From the NCBI RefSeq assembly GCF_000014265.1, contig NC_008312.1, positions 7,080,001 to 7,112,000 on the forward strand: a stretch of DNA of 32,000 bases. The letters run 5' to 3'. The translations under genes were made by a program, and so were the position numbers. Positions 1 through 9,971 of the stretch are shown here, piece after piece (the stretch's first letter is position 1; each line of letters begins with the position of its first letter). The notes under the pieces are model-generated. The model worked only from the letters and a program-made list of their open reading frames with translations. It was not told where the DNA came from and made no database searches. The stretch comes from Trichodesmium erythraeum IMS101 (GTDB lineage Bacteria; Cyanobacteriota; Cyanobacteriia; Cyanobacteriales; Microcoleaceae).

Positions 1-179
1 TGATACTAGGAGAAAACGAGGGCATTGAATCTGCATTACGTCGATTTAAAAGACAGGTTTCTCAAGCGGGAATATTCCCAGATATGAAAAAGCATCGTCA
101 CTTTGAAACGCCGATTGAAAAACGGAAGCGTAAAGCAATGGCATTACAGAAGCAAAGGAAGAGACGTTCTCGCTATTAA
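1..179 (+). CDS. rpsU: 30S ribosomal protein S21, C-terminal part (5' end lies outside the window)
   Basis: Frame 3 reads [58 protein letters not shown], with stop TAA at 177-179. This is the typical basic S21 tail. It is absent from the ORF track because it is open at the window edge. Confidence 0.85.
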   Translation, partial: ILGENEGIESALRRFKRQVSQAGIFPDMKKHRHFETPIEKRKRKAMALQKQRKRRSRY

Positions 180-269
180 GAAAAAAGTTTATTTTCAGCG
201 ATCCCCACCCTAAATTGGTGACTTTATAAGTCGATAGGCGATACTTGAAGGTATTAAAAAAGCTTGTTT

Positions 270-291
270 GGAGACGCAGATAGGCGTCTCC
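270..291 (+). terminator. GC-rich hairpin downstream of rpsU (GGAGACGC-6 nt-GCGTCTCC)
   Basis: Perfect 8-bp stem with a 6-nt loop, read directly. There is no clear U-tract, so it may instead be a member of the short cyanobacterial hairpin-repeat class. Confidence 0.35.
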
Positions 292-765
292 TATGGCGCT
301 AAAAATATCAAGCTACATATTGAAATATTGTACTTAATACAAGTGCTTTTGTATTATTATTTAACTATCCTAATTAGGGCTTGTATACTGAAGTTTTATC
401 AGTGAGGATAGCTGATAAGATATTGAGGCATAGAGGTATAGAAAATATAAATTACAGAGGACATGCTCGAAAGTATTTTATTTCAATTTTTATCCCCTTA
501 ATAGCTAAAAATCCTCTATTATTATCGAACTTAGTAATAACTTATTATATATTTTTCTCACAAAAAAAGTACTTAGTAATATTTAAGTAAATGCGTTTAG
601 TTTTTTTCAGCTAGTCCTAATTACTTGAGTCCATAAGAAGGTTAATAATTTAGCTTATATGGATGTGTTATTAATTTGTAATAACTACTTATAACTAATT
701 TTCTGTTAAATTTAAGATTAATTTAATTACTGAATCTAACCCTATATTTTGATAGAGAAAAAACT

Positions 766-1446
766 ATGGTTGTAGATCAGCAAGCAATTGATATTGCTCC
801 TTTTATTGACCACTCCTTATTAACTATTACTGCTACCCCAGAGGAAGTGTCAAAATTTTGTATTGAAGCTGACAAATTTCGATTTCCATCAGTTTGTGTA
901 TACCCTTGTCATGTAAGAAAAGTAGTAGATTTACTTAGTACTAAAAGTCCTAAAGTTTCTACAGTAATTAATTTTCCAAATGGTACTGCTACTAGTAAAA
1001 CAAAACTATATGAAGCTTTAGAAGCGGTAGAAAATGGAGCTTCAGAATTAGATGTAATGGTTAATTTGACTTATATTAAAACAGGTGAAATGTCCCAATT
1101 ACATCGGGAAATAGCTGAAATACGTGAAGAAACTGGTAAAACAGTTAAAGCTATTTTAGAAATGGCTTTGCTTACCAAAGATGAAAAGTATTTAGTGATA
1201 GAGGTTTTGATGGATGCGGGTGTAGCTTTTATTGCCACAAATACTGGGTGGTATGGTGGGGCAACAGTGGCAGATGTAAAACTACTCAAAGAAATAACTA
1301 AGGCTAATGTTGGAATTAAAGCGGCAGGAGGAATTAAAACCTACGAGCAAGCAGTAAGCCTAGTTTTGGCTGGTGCGACTAGGTTGGGTACATCCCGTGG
1401 TCTAGAATTGCTCAACCAACAAAATAACCAGTCGGAATTGGAATAA
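766..1446 (+). CDS. deoC: deoxyribose-phosphate aldolase
   Basis: 226 aa. DHSLL...[32 protein letters not shown] and GIKAAGGI...GATRLGTS blocks match the class I DeoC TIM-barrel pattern. Confidence 0.85.
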   Translation: MVVDQQAIDIAPFIDHSLLTITATPEEVSKFCIEADKFRFPSVCVYPCHVRKVVDLLSTKSPKVSTVINFPNGTATSKTKLYEALEAVENGASELDVMVNLTYIKTGEMSQLHREIAEIREETGKTVKAILEMALLTKDEKYLVIEVLMDAGVAFIATNTGWYGGATVADVKLLKEITKANVGIKAAGGIKTYEQAVSLVLAGATRLGTSRGLELLNQQNNQSELE

Positions 1447-2008
1447 GTCAAAACTCAGAATTAAAAAGAGGTGAAGGTAGGAAAGCTCATAAAAGTTTCC
1501 CTATTTTTTCAACTTGGGACATTTAATCATATCGAATTGTTCTCTCCCCAAGGGTTGGGTCTTTTCCTTGAGCCATCTCTAGTATGTCCTGCGCTATAGT
1601 TTAAACCTGAAAAAAACTTTGATTCTCTGTTACTTGTTGCTTAGAGCAATTATTACTACAAGTATTATAAATCGAACCCCATAGCTCTAGTTTAATAGGT
1701 GCAAACACTAAAGTTATGTACCCGCTTGTTTTTAAAGCTGTTTAGGATGATATTTTGATTCAGTCCAACCCTACTTAGGCTAATGTTGATATTTATAATA
1801 CTCGCCTTAGTTTCCTGAGCCCAAACCATACACCTGGGAAGTATTAGCACTAAGTATTTAGGGTGTACACACTGATTTTAATCATTTTTGGGGAAAATTT
1901 CCGCACCTGTGCACCTGAGTCATAAATTAATTTTGACTTTCGAGTTGTGAGTAGTACTATAGTTACTCTCTCATCTCTAATGCCCTACTCCTAACTTCTA
2001 CTAATTAT

Positions 2009-2875
2009 ATGGCCAAACTCTATAAAGCAACAGGAATAAACCTCAAAGCTATGGCTTTAGGAGAATCAGACCGTTTATTAACTATCTTAACTCCAGAATA
2101 TGGCTTGATTCGAGTAGTAGCTCCCGGAGTGAGGAAACAAAAATCTAAACTGGGGGGTAGAGGTGAACTATTTGTAGTAAATCAATTATTAATATCTAAA
2201 GGGCGATCGCTTGACAGAATTAACCAAGCAGAAACCATAACCTCTTACACTGGCCTTAGTCAAAACCTGGGAAAACTAGCGGCAGGTCAATATTTAGCAG
2301 AATTAGTTCAACAAATAGCTCTGAAGGAAAATCCTCAAACTGAACTTTTCCATCTACTAAACGAACACTTGGAACGTATAGAACAACTACAACATAAAAC
2401 TGACAGACTCTGGTCAACCCAACTCATAGCATTTTTAGCTCATGGTATCTATCATTTACTCGCCATAGAGGGAATAGCACCCCAAGTCCATCAGTGTTGT
2501 GCTACAGGAAATGAATTACAGCCAGATTTTAATAATTCTAAATGGCAAGTCGGATTCAGTATAGATGCAGGAGGAATTATTAAAGTTGATGAGACTTCTG
2601 TTGTACAATCTTTCTGTAAAGATTTGTCAGACTATTACTTAAGTACCAAAATTAACACTCTCATTAATGCTAATCAACTTTCACTACTTCAGCAGCTACC
2701 ACAACCTCAACTTCAGACTATAGTTAAACTTACTTCTTATCAAGATTGGGTAAAAGTGGAACAACTTTTAAGAAAATATACCCAGTATCATTTAGGTTAT
2801 TCTATTCGCTCTGCAGAATTGATTGATACTTATTTAAAATCCATATCTCCTTTAATAAACAATGCAACTATCTGA
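2009..2875 (+). CDS. recO: DNA repair protein RecO
   Basis: 288 aa. The N-terminal OB-fold signature YKATGINLKAMALGESDRLLTILTPEYGLIRVVAPGVRK...GELFVVNQLLISKGRSLD is typical of cyanobacterial RecO. Confidence 0.85.
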   Translation: MAKLYKATGINLKAMALGESDRLLTILTPEYGLIRVVAPGVRKQKSKLGGRGELFVVNQLLISKGRSLDRINQAETITSYTGLSQNLGKLAAGQYLAELVQQIALKENPQTELFHLLNEHLERIEQLQHKTDRLWSTQLIAFLAHGIYHLLAIEGIAPQVHQCCATGNELQPDFNNSKWQVGFSIDAGGIIKVDETSVVQSFCKDLSDYYLSTKINTLINANQLSLLQQLPQPQLQTIVKLTSYQDWVKVEQLLRKYTQYHLGYSIRSAELIDTYLKSISPLINNATI

Positions 2876-4250
2876 TTCAGATTTAACAAATAAACCAAAA
2901 CAACTTAAAAAAGAAAACTCATCTAATACAGAACCTATTTCTCCAGCATTATTATCAGTTAAAGAACCCGAACGTGGGTTTTTACCAGTTCTGAAAAATA
3001 GTAAATTCTTAATCCTCTGGGGCGGTCAAGTATTTTCTCAACTGGCAGACAAAGTTTACCTGGTATTAATGATTACTATTATTGCTAATCAATTCCAAGC
3101 AACAGACCAAACTATAAGTGGGTGGGTCTCAGCAATTATGATTGCTTTTACTATTCCCGCAGTATTATTTGGAGCTGCAGCTGGTATCTATGTGGATAGG
3201 TGGCCAAAAAAAGCTGTTTTAGTTGTGACAAATATTGTCAGAGGTGGTTTGGTTCTGATCTTACCAATGATATTGTGGCTATCTAATGATTTTAATCTAG
3301 GTAATTTACCTTTGGGATTTTGCCTAATGTTACTATTAACTTTTTTGGTTTCTACTCTGACTCAATTTTTTGCCCCTGCGGAACAAGCAGTTATTCCTCT
3401 AATTGTGGAAAAGCCATATCTACTTTCGGCAAATTCCCTTTACACTACTACAATGATGGCTTCTGTAATTATTGGCTTTGCAATGGGAGACCCTTTGTTA
3501 GAATTTGCAGATAAAATATTTGCCCAAATTAGTTTTGGGAAAGCTTTCGGTAAAGAATTTGTGGTAGGGGGAAGTTACGCGATCGCTGGTTTACTATTAA
3601 TTTTACTCAAAACTGGGGAAAAGAAAGACAGGACAGAAAAGGAAAAAACCCATATTCTGGAAGACTTGCGAGATGGCTTGCGTTACCTGAAAAATCATCA
3701 TCGAGTTCGTAATGCCATTATTCAGCAAATTATTTTATTTTCGATTTTTGCAGCTTTGGCGGTCTTGGCAGTACGTTTGGCAGAAATTATTCCTGGTATG
3801 GAAGCTGAAGAATTTGGGTTATTATTAGCTGCTGCTGGAGTGGGTTTGGGTATTGGTGCTGGAATAGTAGGTCAACTTGGACATTGGTTATCTCATTTCC
3901 AACTTAGTTTGATAGGGTCTATGGGAATGGCAGTTTCTTTAGTTGGTTTATCTATATTTAACCAAGAGTTTTGGGCAGCTATGGTGTTAATTGGTATTTT
4001 AGGAATGTTTGGTGCAGTAGTAGGAGTGCCAATGCAAACTACTGTTCAGGCTGAAACTCCTGAAGAAATGCGGGGAAAAGTATTTGGTCTCCAGAATAAT
4101 GTAGTTAATATTGCTCTGAGTTTACCTTTGGCTTTAGTGGGAGTGGCAGAAACTTTTCTAGGTTTATCTACTGTTTTGCTTGGGTTAGCAGGAGCTGCAA
4201 TAACAGCTGGTATTTTCTTCAGTCTCTTTTCTATACCGACTTTAGAATAG
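2862..4250 (+). CDS. MFS-type transporter
   Basis: 462 aa with a multi-TM hydrophobic profile. It has a DRWPKK loop after TM2 (the MFS D-R-x-x-R-like motif) and a charged central loop. It overlaps the recO stop by 14 nt. Confidence 0.7.
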   Translation: MQLSDSDLTNKPKQLKKENSSNTEPISPALLSVKEPERGFLPVLKNSKFLILWGGQVFSQLADKVYLVLMITIIANQFQATDQTISGWVSAIMIAFTIPAVLFGAAAGIYVDRWPKKAVLVVTNIVRGGLVLILPMILWLSNDFNLGNLPLGFCLMLLLTFLVSTLTQFFAPAEQAVIPLIVEKPYLLSANSLYTTTMMASVIIGFAMGDPLLEFADKIFAQISFGKAFGKEFVVGGSYAIAGLLLILLKTGEKKDRTEKEKTHILEDLRDGLRYLKNHHRVRNAIIQQIILFSIFAALAVLAVRLAEIIPGMEAEEFGLLLAAAGVGLGIGAGIVGQLGHWLSHFQLSLIGSMGMAVSLVGLSIFNQEFWAAMVLIGILGMFGAVVGVPMQTTVQAETPEEMRGKVFGLQNNVVNIALSLPLALVGVAETFLGLSTVLLGLAGAAITAGIFFSLFSIPTLE

Positions 4251-4343
4251 TTGTTATAGCAATCCTATTTTATTTGTGTATAAAACAACTCGACGCTGAC
4301 CTATCAGTAGAGCGCGCGACTACTCGACGGAATAGCTAAATAC

Positions 4344-5301
4344 CTATAAACATTCATTTAATCCATCCCAAATTTGATTATTATCTAAATAAAAACTAAT
4401 AAATACTAACTGATTTTTGTTAGGTTTTAAACAAGTTTCATCTGCTTCTAATGTCTAGTTTTGTCACTAATTTGAAAGATATGTCTAAACTCAATATCAT
4501 CTAACCAAAGAATACCTTTTGCTCGGAATAAATCACCCCAAATATGTTAGAGAAACTTTTCAAACTTAAATACATTTATGGGGCGATCGCTCTCAAAAGA
4601 TACAGCAATAAATCCATCATTTTCTAAATGCTCAGACTGATATTTTTGAGACTGAATATATTCCGACACAGGTATCAAACCTACATCTAAAATTTAGGGT
4701 AATAGCAGTTGACTATACTCAGTCTGCAATATCTTTGCTTTCTCTTTTATCAATTTAATATTTGACTCTAACTCCCCTAGTCTTTTTGCAGAAAATAAGT
4801 CAGTTTTATTCAGGAAAACAAGTCGGCAAAAGCAATCTATTTTAAAGCCGCTTCACTGTCAAAATAATTGGGAAAAAAAGTTTCAGCATCCACCACAGTC
4901 AAAATCGAATTTATTCTATTTAATTCTCTCAAATCTGTCTCCAAAAATGTCAAAATAATTGGAAAGAGGTCAGCTATTCCCGTAGTTTCTATTACTAAAT
5001 AATCAATCTTTTTATCTATACCTAAAGCTAATACTCAATAAACCGCTTCTACTAAACCATGATTTAGACTAAAGCAAATACAACCATTATTGAGCTAAAC
5101 CATATCCTCTTCAATAGATATCAGAAGTTGACTGTCTATATCAATATCTCCAAACTTATTGACGAAAACAGCAACCCTTAAATCTTATTTATTTTGAACA
5201 ATATGATTGAGTCATATTGTTTTCCCACTACCAAGAAAACCAATAATAATACTAACAGGTATTCCCTCTTGAAGGAATTCTCCTATTTCTTTTTTGGTCA
5301 T
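4344..5301 (-). pseudogene. decayed COG0523/CobW-family G3E GTPase
   Basis: The minus-strand translation from ATG 5301 reads MTKKEIGEFLQEGIPVSIIIGFLGSGKTI*LNHIVQNK*DLRVAVFVNKFGDIDIDSQLLISIEEDMV*LNNGCICFSLNHGLVEAVY*...IDYLVIETTGIADLFPIILTFL... It is collinear with the intact paralog at 16147-17130. At least 5 in-frame stops fall in the first ~160 codons. The CxCC motif is degraded to CICFS, and frameshifts appear further on. No ORF appears in the track. Confidence 0.85.
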
Positions 5302-5313
5302 TAGAATTTCTTC

Positions 5314-6330
<1,017 letters not shown>

Positions 6331-6340
6331 CTAATAATTT

Positions 6341-6388
6341 TGATAGTGATTAATCATAATCAAAAATTCACATCTAGTCAATAGAGAT
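6341..6388 (-). promoter_or_regulatory. putative sigma70-type promoter of hemB overlapped by a Fur-family (Zur-like) box
   Basis: The minus strand reads TTGACT (6381-6376), a 17-nt spacer, then TATGAT (6358-6353). The plus strand GATAGTGATTAATCATAATC (6342-6361) matches the 19-mer Fur box GATAATGATAATCATTATC at 17/19 if one inserted T is allowed. A 36-bp core (6353-6388) is about 33/36 identical to 17378-17413. Confidence 0.55.
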
Positions 6389-6640
6389 AAGGGATAATCT
6401 CCATCCGATCTCAAATTAAGTAGGATCATATAATTATTGCTCTGCTGATTAACTATGAAATCATTTATAGATAAAAGCTTTAGTGTTTATGAGTAGAAAA
6501 AAGTACATGTTTTGCGATTGCTCATAGCTACAAAAAATCAGCATTTTTATCAGACAATGGCGATAAAATTAATGAAAAAATATATAAGGCTAATTCCTCA
6601 TTTTTTGGGAAAAAATTAACTTTTTTTTCAACTAAATAAG

Positions 6641-7372
6641 CTATGTATTTTTATAAGTTACGCTTCTAAAGGAAACCTCATTAGTATTAGGGTTATAAAG
6701 AGTATAAGTAGCATTTCCCGGCAAACTTCCCACATTACCTACCCCTATAACCTGATAGGGTGTCGTCAAAGTTTGAGTAGATGATGTTGTCTCAATAGCA
6801 CCAACTTCAGCTCCCAACTTTGTCACTCCACTACTCACCGAACCATTTTCCAACTGATATTTAAAAGCTAAACCGGAGCGACCACAAAATAAATTATTAA
6901 CGCCAAAACGCATTAATCTATCTAACATTTGTATCGGTGGAGTATCGGGAGTCAATTTATCGCTGACCCCCAGAGTGCTACCATGAATTAATAAACAGTC
7001 AAGTTCAGAAAAACCAAAGGGCAAACTTCTTAACCATTCTACTGTTTCTCTATCCACATTGTCCCATAATATTTTCACAGTATTCATACCATATTCTGCT
7101 ATTAATTCTGTTGGTTCGGCTGTGGTAGTTAATCCATGTAAAATTAAACATTGTTCTTCCCACCATCCCATACATACTTTGGGTTTAAGTTCGTTTTGTT
7201 TTGGATAACGTACTCGCTCTACTAATTTTTTGCAATCTATATTTAGCCCGACAATATCCCCCAAAATATATAAGTCTTCTACCAAATACTTCTGCTTTTT
7301 TATATCAGCTATTACAGCATCATAAGCTGTTATATTTCCTTCTATCTTAGTTAAAATTGCCCAGTAACTCAT
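6641..7372 (-). CDS. degenerate metallophosphoesterase-fold protein, paralog of 8372-9187, probably catalytically inactive
   Basis: 243 aa, collinear with the 271-aa paralog. The calcineurin-fold motifs are lost: TKIEGN for DxH, MGWWEE for GNHD/E, CGRSGL for GHxH. Only GD (LGDIVG) and IHGS remain. Confidence 0.6.
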   Translation of the reverse strand: MSYWAILTKIEGNITAYDAVIADIKKQKYLVEDLYILGDIVGLNIDCKKLVERVRYPKQNELKPKVCMGWWEEQCLILHGLTTTAEPTELIAEYGMNTVKILWDNVDRETVEWLRSLPFGFSELDCLLIHGSTLGVSDKLTPDTPPIQMLDRLMRFGVNNLFCGRSGLAFKYQLENGSVSSGVTKLGAEVGAIETTSSTQTLTTPYQVIGVGNVGSLPGNATYTLYNPNTNEVSFRSVTYKNT

Positions 7373-7482
7373 ATAATTTTTTGCTTTTTTTTTAGATTAG
7401 ATAAAGTGACATTAATTAGTTTTTATCAGCCATAAAACAATAATACTTGTTTCAAAAAATATTGCTTTGCTTGGTTATAAGT

Positions 7483-7584
7483 CAATACGGTTCAGATAAG
7501 ATTCAAACTCTTATGATTTCATACCATAAGAGTAAATATTCAGATTACCGAAATGTCAAAAAAATTCTTAACTTAACCTTATCG
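7483..7584. repeat. MITE-like ~100-bp element, copy C
   Basis: The left end is CAATACGGTTCAGATAAG. An internal AAACTCTTATG...CATAAGAGT hairpin follows. The right end is CAAAAAAATTCTTAACTTAACCTTATCG. It is the same family as 8059-8160 and 20681-20788. Confidence 0.5.
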
Positions 7585-7589
7585 TTATT

Positions 7590-8275
7590 CTAACTAACTC
7601 CTAAAACATGAATAACCATGGGTTGATTTTCATCAATAAAATAATCTATGGGTTTTAATCCTCCTTTTATAGCCTGATTTTTAAAATAACCTACGGGATA
7701 TTTATAATAACTTAATAGATGAAATTTTGTGCCTTTCTTAATATTTATCGGAATGCCATCTAGAACAAAGTTGTGTTCTTCAGTTGCTCTGACATTATGT
7801 TCTAAACAATGAGTTTCAGCTACCCAATTAAAATCATAATTAAATGTAGTTGGATCGAACCCATAAACTGGTAGATCGCCATTGATCAAATATCAAATAC
7901 TAAGTATCAACTTTGCCATTTTTCTATCATTATAAGCTTTTCTTAATGACGACTAATTTTGATTAGTATCCTGTTTCCTAAAAATAGAAATTTTGCATCA
8001 GAAAGGCATCAGGCATTAAAATCTATCATAATATTTGCTCTTGAGATACACTAAAGCTCAATACAGTTTAGTTAAAACGAAAACTCATAAGAGATGGAAT
8101 GATTATATAGAATTTTCCAACTACAAAAATGCCAAAAAAATCCTTAAGTGAACCGTATTGAAATATAAGTTTTAGTTAGTAAGTGGACTGTAACTATCTT
8201 TGCCTGAATTTCCTAGAATTTTATCTTCAGATAATTTATAAATTGTTTTTGGGGCTTTGCTTTCCAAACTCTCAA
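7590..8275 (-). pseudogene. EgtD-like (histidine N-alpha-methyltransferase family) SAM methyltransferase relic
   Basis: The 99-aa ORF (TTG start, 7590-7889) reads FDPTTFNYDF...CLEHNV...GTKFHLLSYYKY...GGL...IDEN, matching the C-terminal EgtD pattern FDxxxFxHxA...IEMxL...GExxxTExSxKF...AGL...TDE. Upstream out-of-frame pieces read LRKAYNDRKMAKLILSI* (AYND..GVT..FN block) and FLMQNFYF* (FLGSSIGNF-like). A MITE-like copy is inserted at 8059-8160. The 5' limit is uncertain. Confidence 0.45.
8059..8160. repeat. MITE-like ~100-bp element, copy A (inside the EgtD-like relic)
   Basis: The left end is CAATACAGTTTAGTTAA. Internal AAACTCATAAGAG follows. The right end is CAAAAAAATCCTTAAGTGAACCGTATTG, whose reverse complement (CAATACGGTTCAC) mirrors the left end. 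Confidence 0.5.
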
Positions 8276-8331
8276 GTTAAATTAGCATCTTTTTTTTCAT
8301 AATCTAAAATAGATAGCACTTTCAACTCAAA

Positions 8332-8350
8332 ACTTGTAATAATTACAAGT
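8332..8350 (-). terminator. palindromic hairpin directly after the metallophosphoesterase stop
   Basis: ACTTGTAAT-N-ATTACAAGT is a 19-nt perfect palindrome lying 22 nt past the stop. On the minus strand it is followed by TTTGAG, a short U-tract only. Confidence 0.4.
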
Positions 8351-8371
8351 CAACAACCAACTCCTAATTAA

Positions 8372-9187
8372 TTATCTCTCACAAATATGAGTAGGATCAT
8401 CAGCTTTTTCAGCATATTCTAAACCCTTTGCCAAACGCCAAGCAAAAATTTCTGGCAACCCCTTATTAACTATAGCTTCACAAGTAAGTTGATAATCATA
8501 GGGAATCTCTCGAATATTTACTTCCCCTGTTTCATTATCATAAATAACATAAGTAGCATTCGGTCTGCCATGGCGAGGTTCTCCTACAGAGCCAACATTA
8601 ACAATTTTTTTCATAGGAGCAATACAAGTATTTGACTCTAAATTTTCCCTCCCAAAACTACTAACTTTAACTGATAGTTGACTAGCATCAAGAGTACGAA
8701 CATAAGGCACATGAGTATGACCGCAAAACAACACATCAGCACCACTACTAACTACCCTTTCAACTGCTAAAAATCCATATAAATCTGGTAATAAATATTC
8801 ATGGTTACTATGAGGACTACCATGAACAAAACACATATTTTCCTCTTTCAAACTATGAGGTAAAGACCCTAAATATTCTCGAGTTTCTGGGTGAATTTCT
8901 TGATTAGTCCATTCGTGGGCTAACTTGCCACGTTTCTCTGCTAATAAAGAAGGATAACTACATTCACAAGAATTTAATCCCTCCACAATATCCTCATCCC
9001 AACAACCTAAAACTGTGGGAATATCTAAACTGCGAATTTGCTCGACAACCGCATTAGGATGGGGACCATAACCGACCAAATCTCCCAGACAGAAAATTTT
9101 CTCTGCTTTCTGTTTTTCTATATCTATTAATACAGAATTTAAAGCTTCATAGTTACCATGAATGCAAGACATAACTGCAATTTTCAT
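8372..9187 (-). CDS. metallophosphoesterase-fold protein with Cys-substituted metal ligands
   Basis: 271 aa. The motifs are MSCIHGN (Cys where Asp of DxH is expected), LGDLVGYG, GCWDED (in place of GNHD/E), VHGSP and CGHTHV, plus an extra CECS cluster. The start overlaps the upstream stop as ATGA (9184-9187). Confidence 0.75.
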   Translation of the reverse strand: MKIAVMSCIHGNYEALNSVLIDIEKQKAEKIFCLGDLVGYGPHPNAVVEQIRSLDIPTVLGCWDEDIVEGLNSCECSYPSLLAEKRGKLAHEWTNQEIHPETREYLGSLPHSLKEENMCFVHGSPHSNHEYLLPDLYGFLAVERVVSSGADVLFCGHTHVPYVRTLDASQLSVKVSSFGRENLESNTCIAPMKKIVNVGSVGEPRHGRPNATYVIYDNETGEVNIREIPYDYQLTCEAIVNKGLPEIFAWRLAKGLEYAEKADDPTHICER

Positions 9188-9957
9188 ACTAATTCTTCCT
9201 CTGTAATTCCTAATGTTTCTTTCACTTGTTGTTGATAAGCTAAAATTGTTGCATCAGGCAAACAACAATCTTGTAAACTTTCCGCCAAAGCTTTTTGATT
9301 TAAGTTATGACCAAAAACTTCAATTCCACTAAAACGTTCTGGTCTACCTTTTAGCCACCTTGGTAAATTTAATTCTTGATATTCTGTCTCTTTTCCTAGT
9401 ACAAAATCAAAGTAAAAAGCACGTCCATCAGCAATATCAAAAATTGCTTTAGCACGAATTATTTTACCATAAGCACCTGCGGTTAATTCTTCATACCAAA
9501 AAATATCTACACTGGCCGGATCAATTACTTGACCCTGGGTAGGCGATCGCCAGATCTGACAGTTATTAGTATTGCTCTCAATAGCCAACCCTTCTACAGT
9601 TTCGTTTGCCCACTGATGCCATTCACTATTTTTTGTTCCTGGTGGGATAATGGCAATACGACTGCTAGGAATAGTATCAAGCAGTGATGACATTGCATCT
9701 AATTCTAAATAAAATCCTAATTCGACAAAAGCAACTGCACCATTAGCAAGATATTCTATGAGCTGTGACTCTTGAGCATCAGAAATAATTTTTAGATGGG
9801 GAAATTCTGTAGCCAGACAGGTTTGGTCAATGGGAACATTGCCGGTACCAGGGCTAAAATAGACAGCGGAATTAGCTTTAGGGATTTGTTTTCGAATAAA
9901 ACTTGTTTTGCCGACACCCGGTGGGCCAGCTACTACAGTAATTATAGGTTTTGACAT
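9184..9957 (-). CDS. divergent P-loop GTPase with a CobW_C-like tail (G3E-like)
   Basis: I chose the start at ATG 9957 (MSKPIITVVAGPPGVGKTSF...), which removes the 115-nt overlap of the longer track ORF with the upstream gene. It has Walker A GPPGVGKT and a C-terminal IIRAKAIFDIADGRAFYFDFV block resembling the CobW C-terminal domain. There is no CxCC motif. Confidence 0.65.
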   Translation of the reverse strand: MSKPIITVVAGPPGVGKTSFIRKQIPKANSAVYFSPGTGNVPIDQTCLATEFPHLKIISDAQESQLIEYLANGAVAFVELGFYLELDAMSSLLDTIPSSRIAIIPPGTKNSEWHQWANETVEGLAIESNTNNCQIWRSPTQGQVIDPASVDIFWYEELTAGAYGKIIRAKAIFDIADGRAFYFDFVLGKETEYQELNLPRWLKGRPERFSGIEVFGHNLNQKALAESLQDCCLPDATILAYQQQVKETLGITEEELV

Positions 9958-9971
9958 TTTTCTTCCATAGC

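Noticed and set aside
381-590. A 69-aa ORF in the rpsU-deoC spacer.
   Set aside because: It has a TTG start, a very AT-rich low-complexity translation and no recognisable motif. It is most likely non-coding promoter or spacer DNA.
1447-2008. The 560-nt ORF-free spacer between deoC and recO, including a weak GGAAA...TTTCC hairpin at 1480-1500 followed by a T-run. I checked it for tRNA, ncRNA or gene relics.
   Set aside because: I could recognise no tRNA-like arms, no conserved motif and no convincing protein fragment. The hairpin has only 5 bp.
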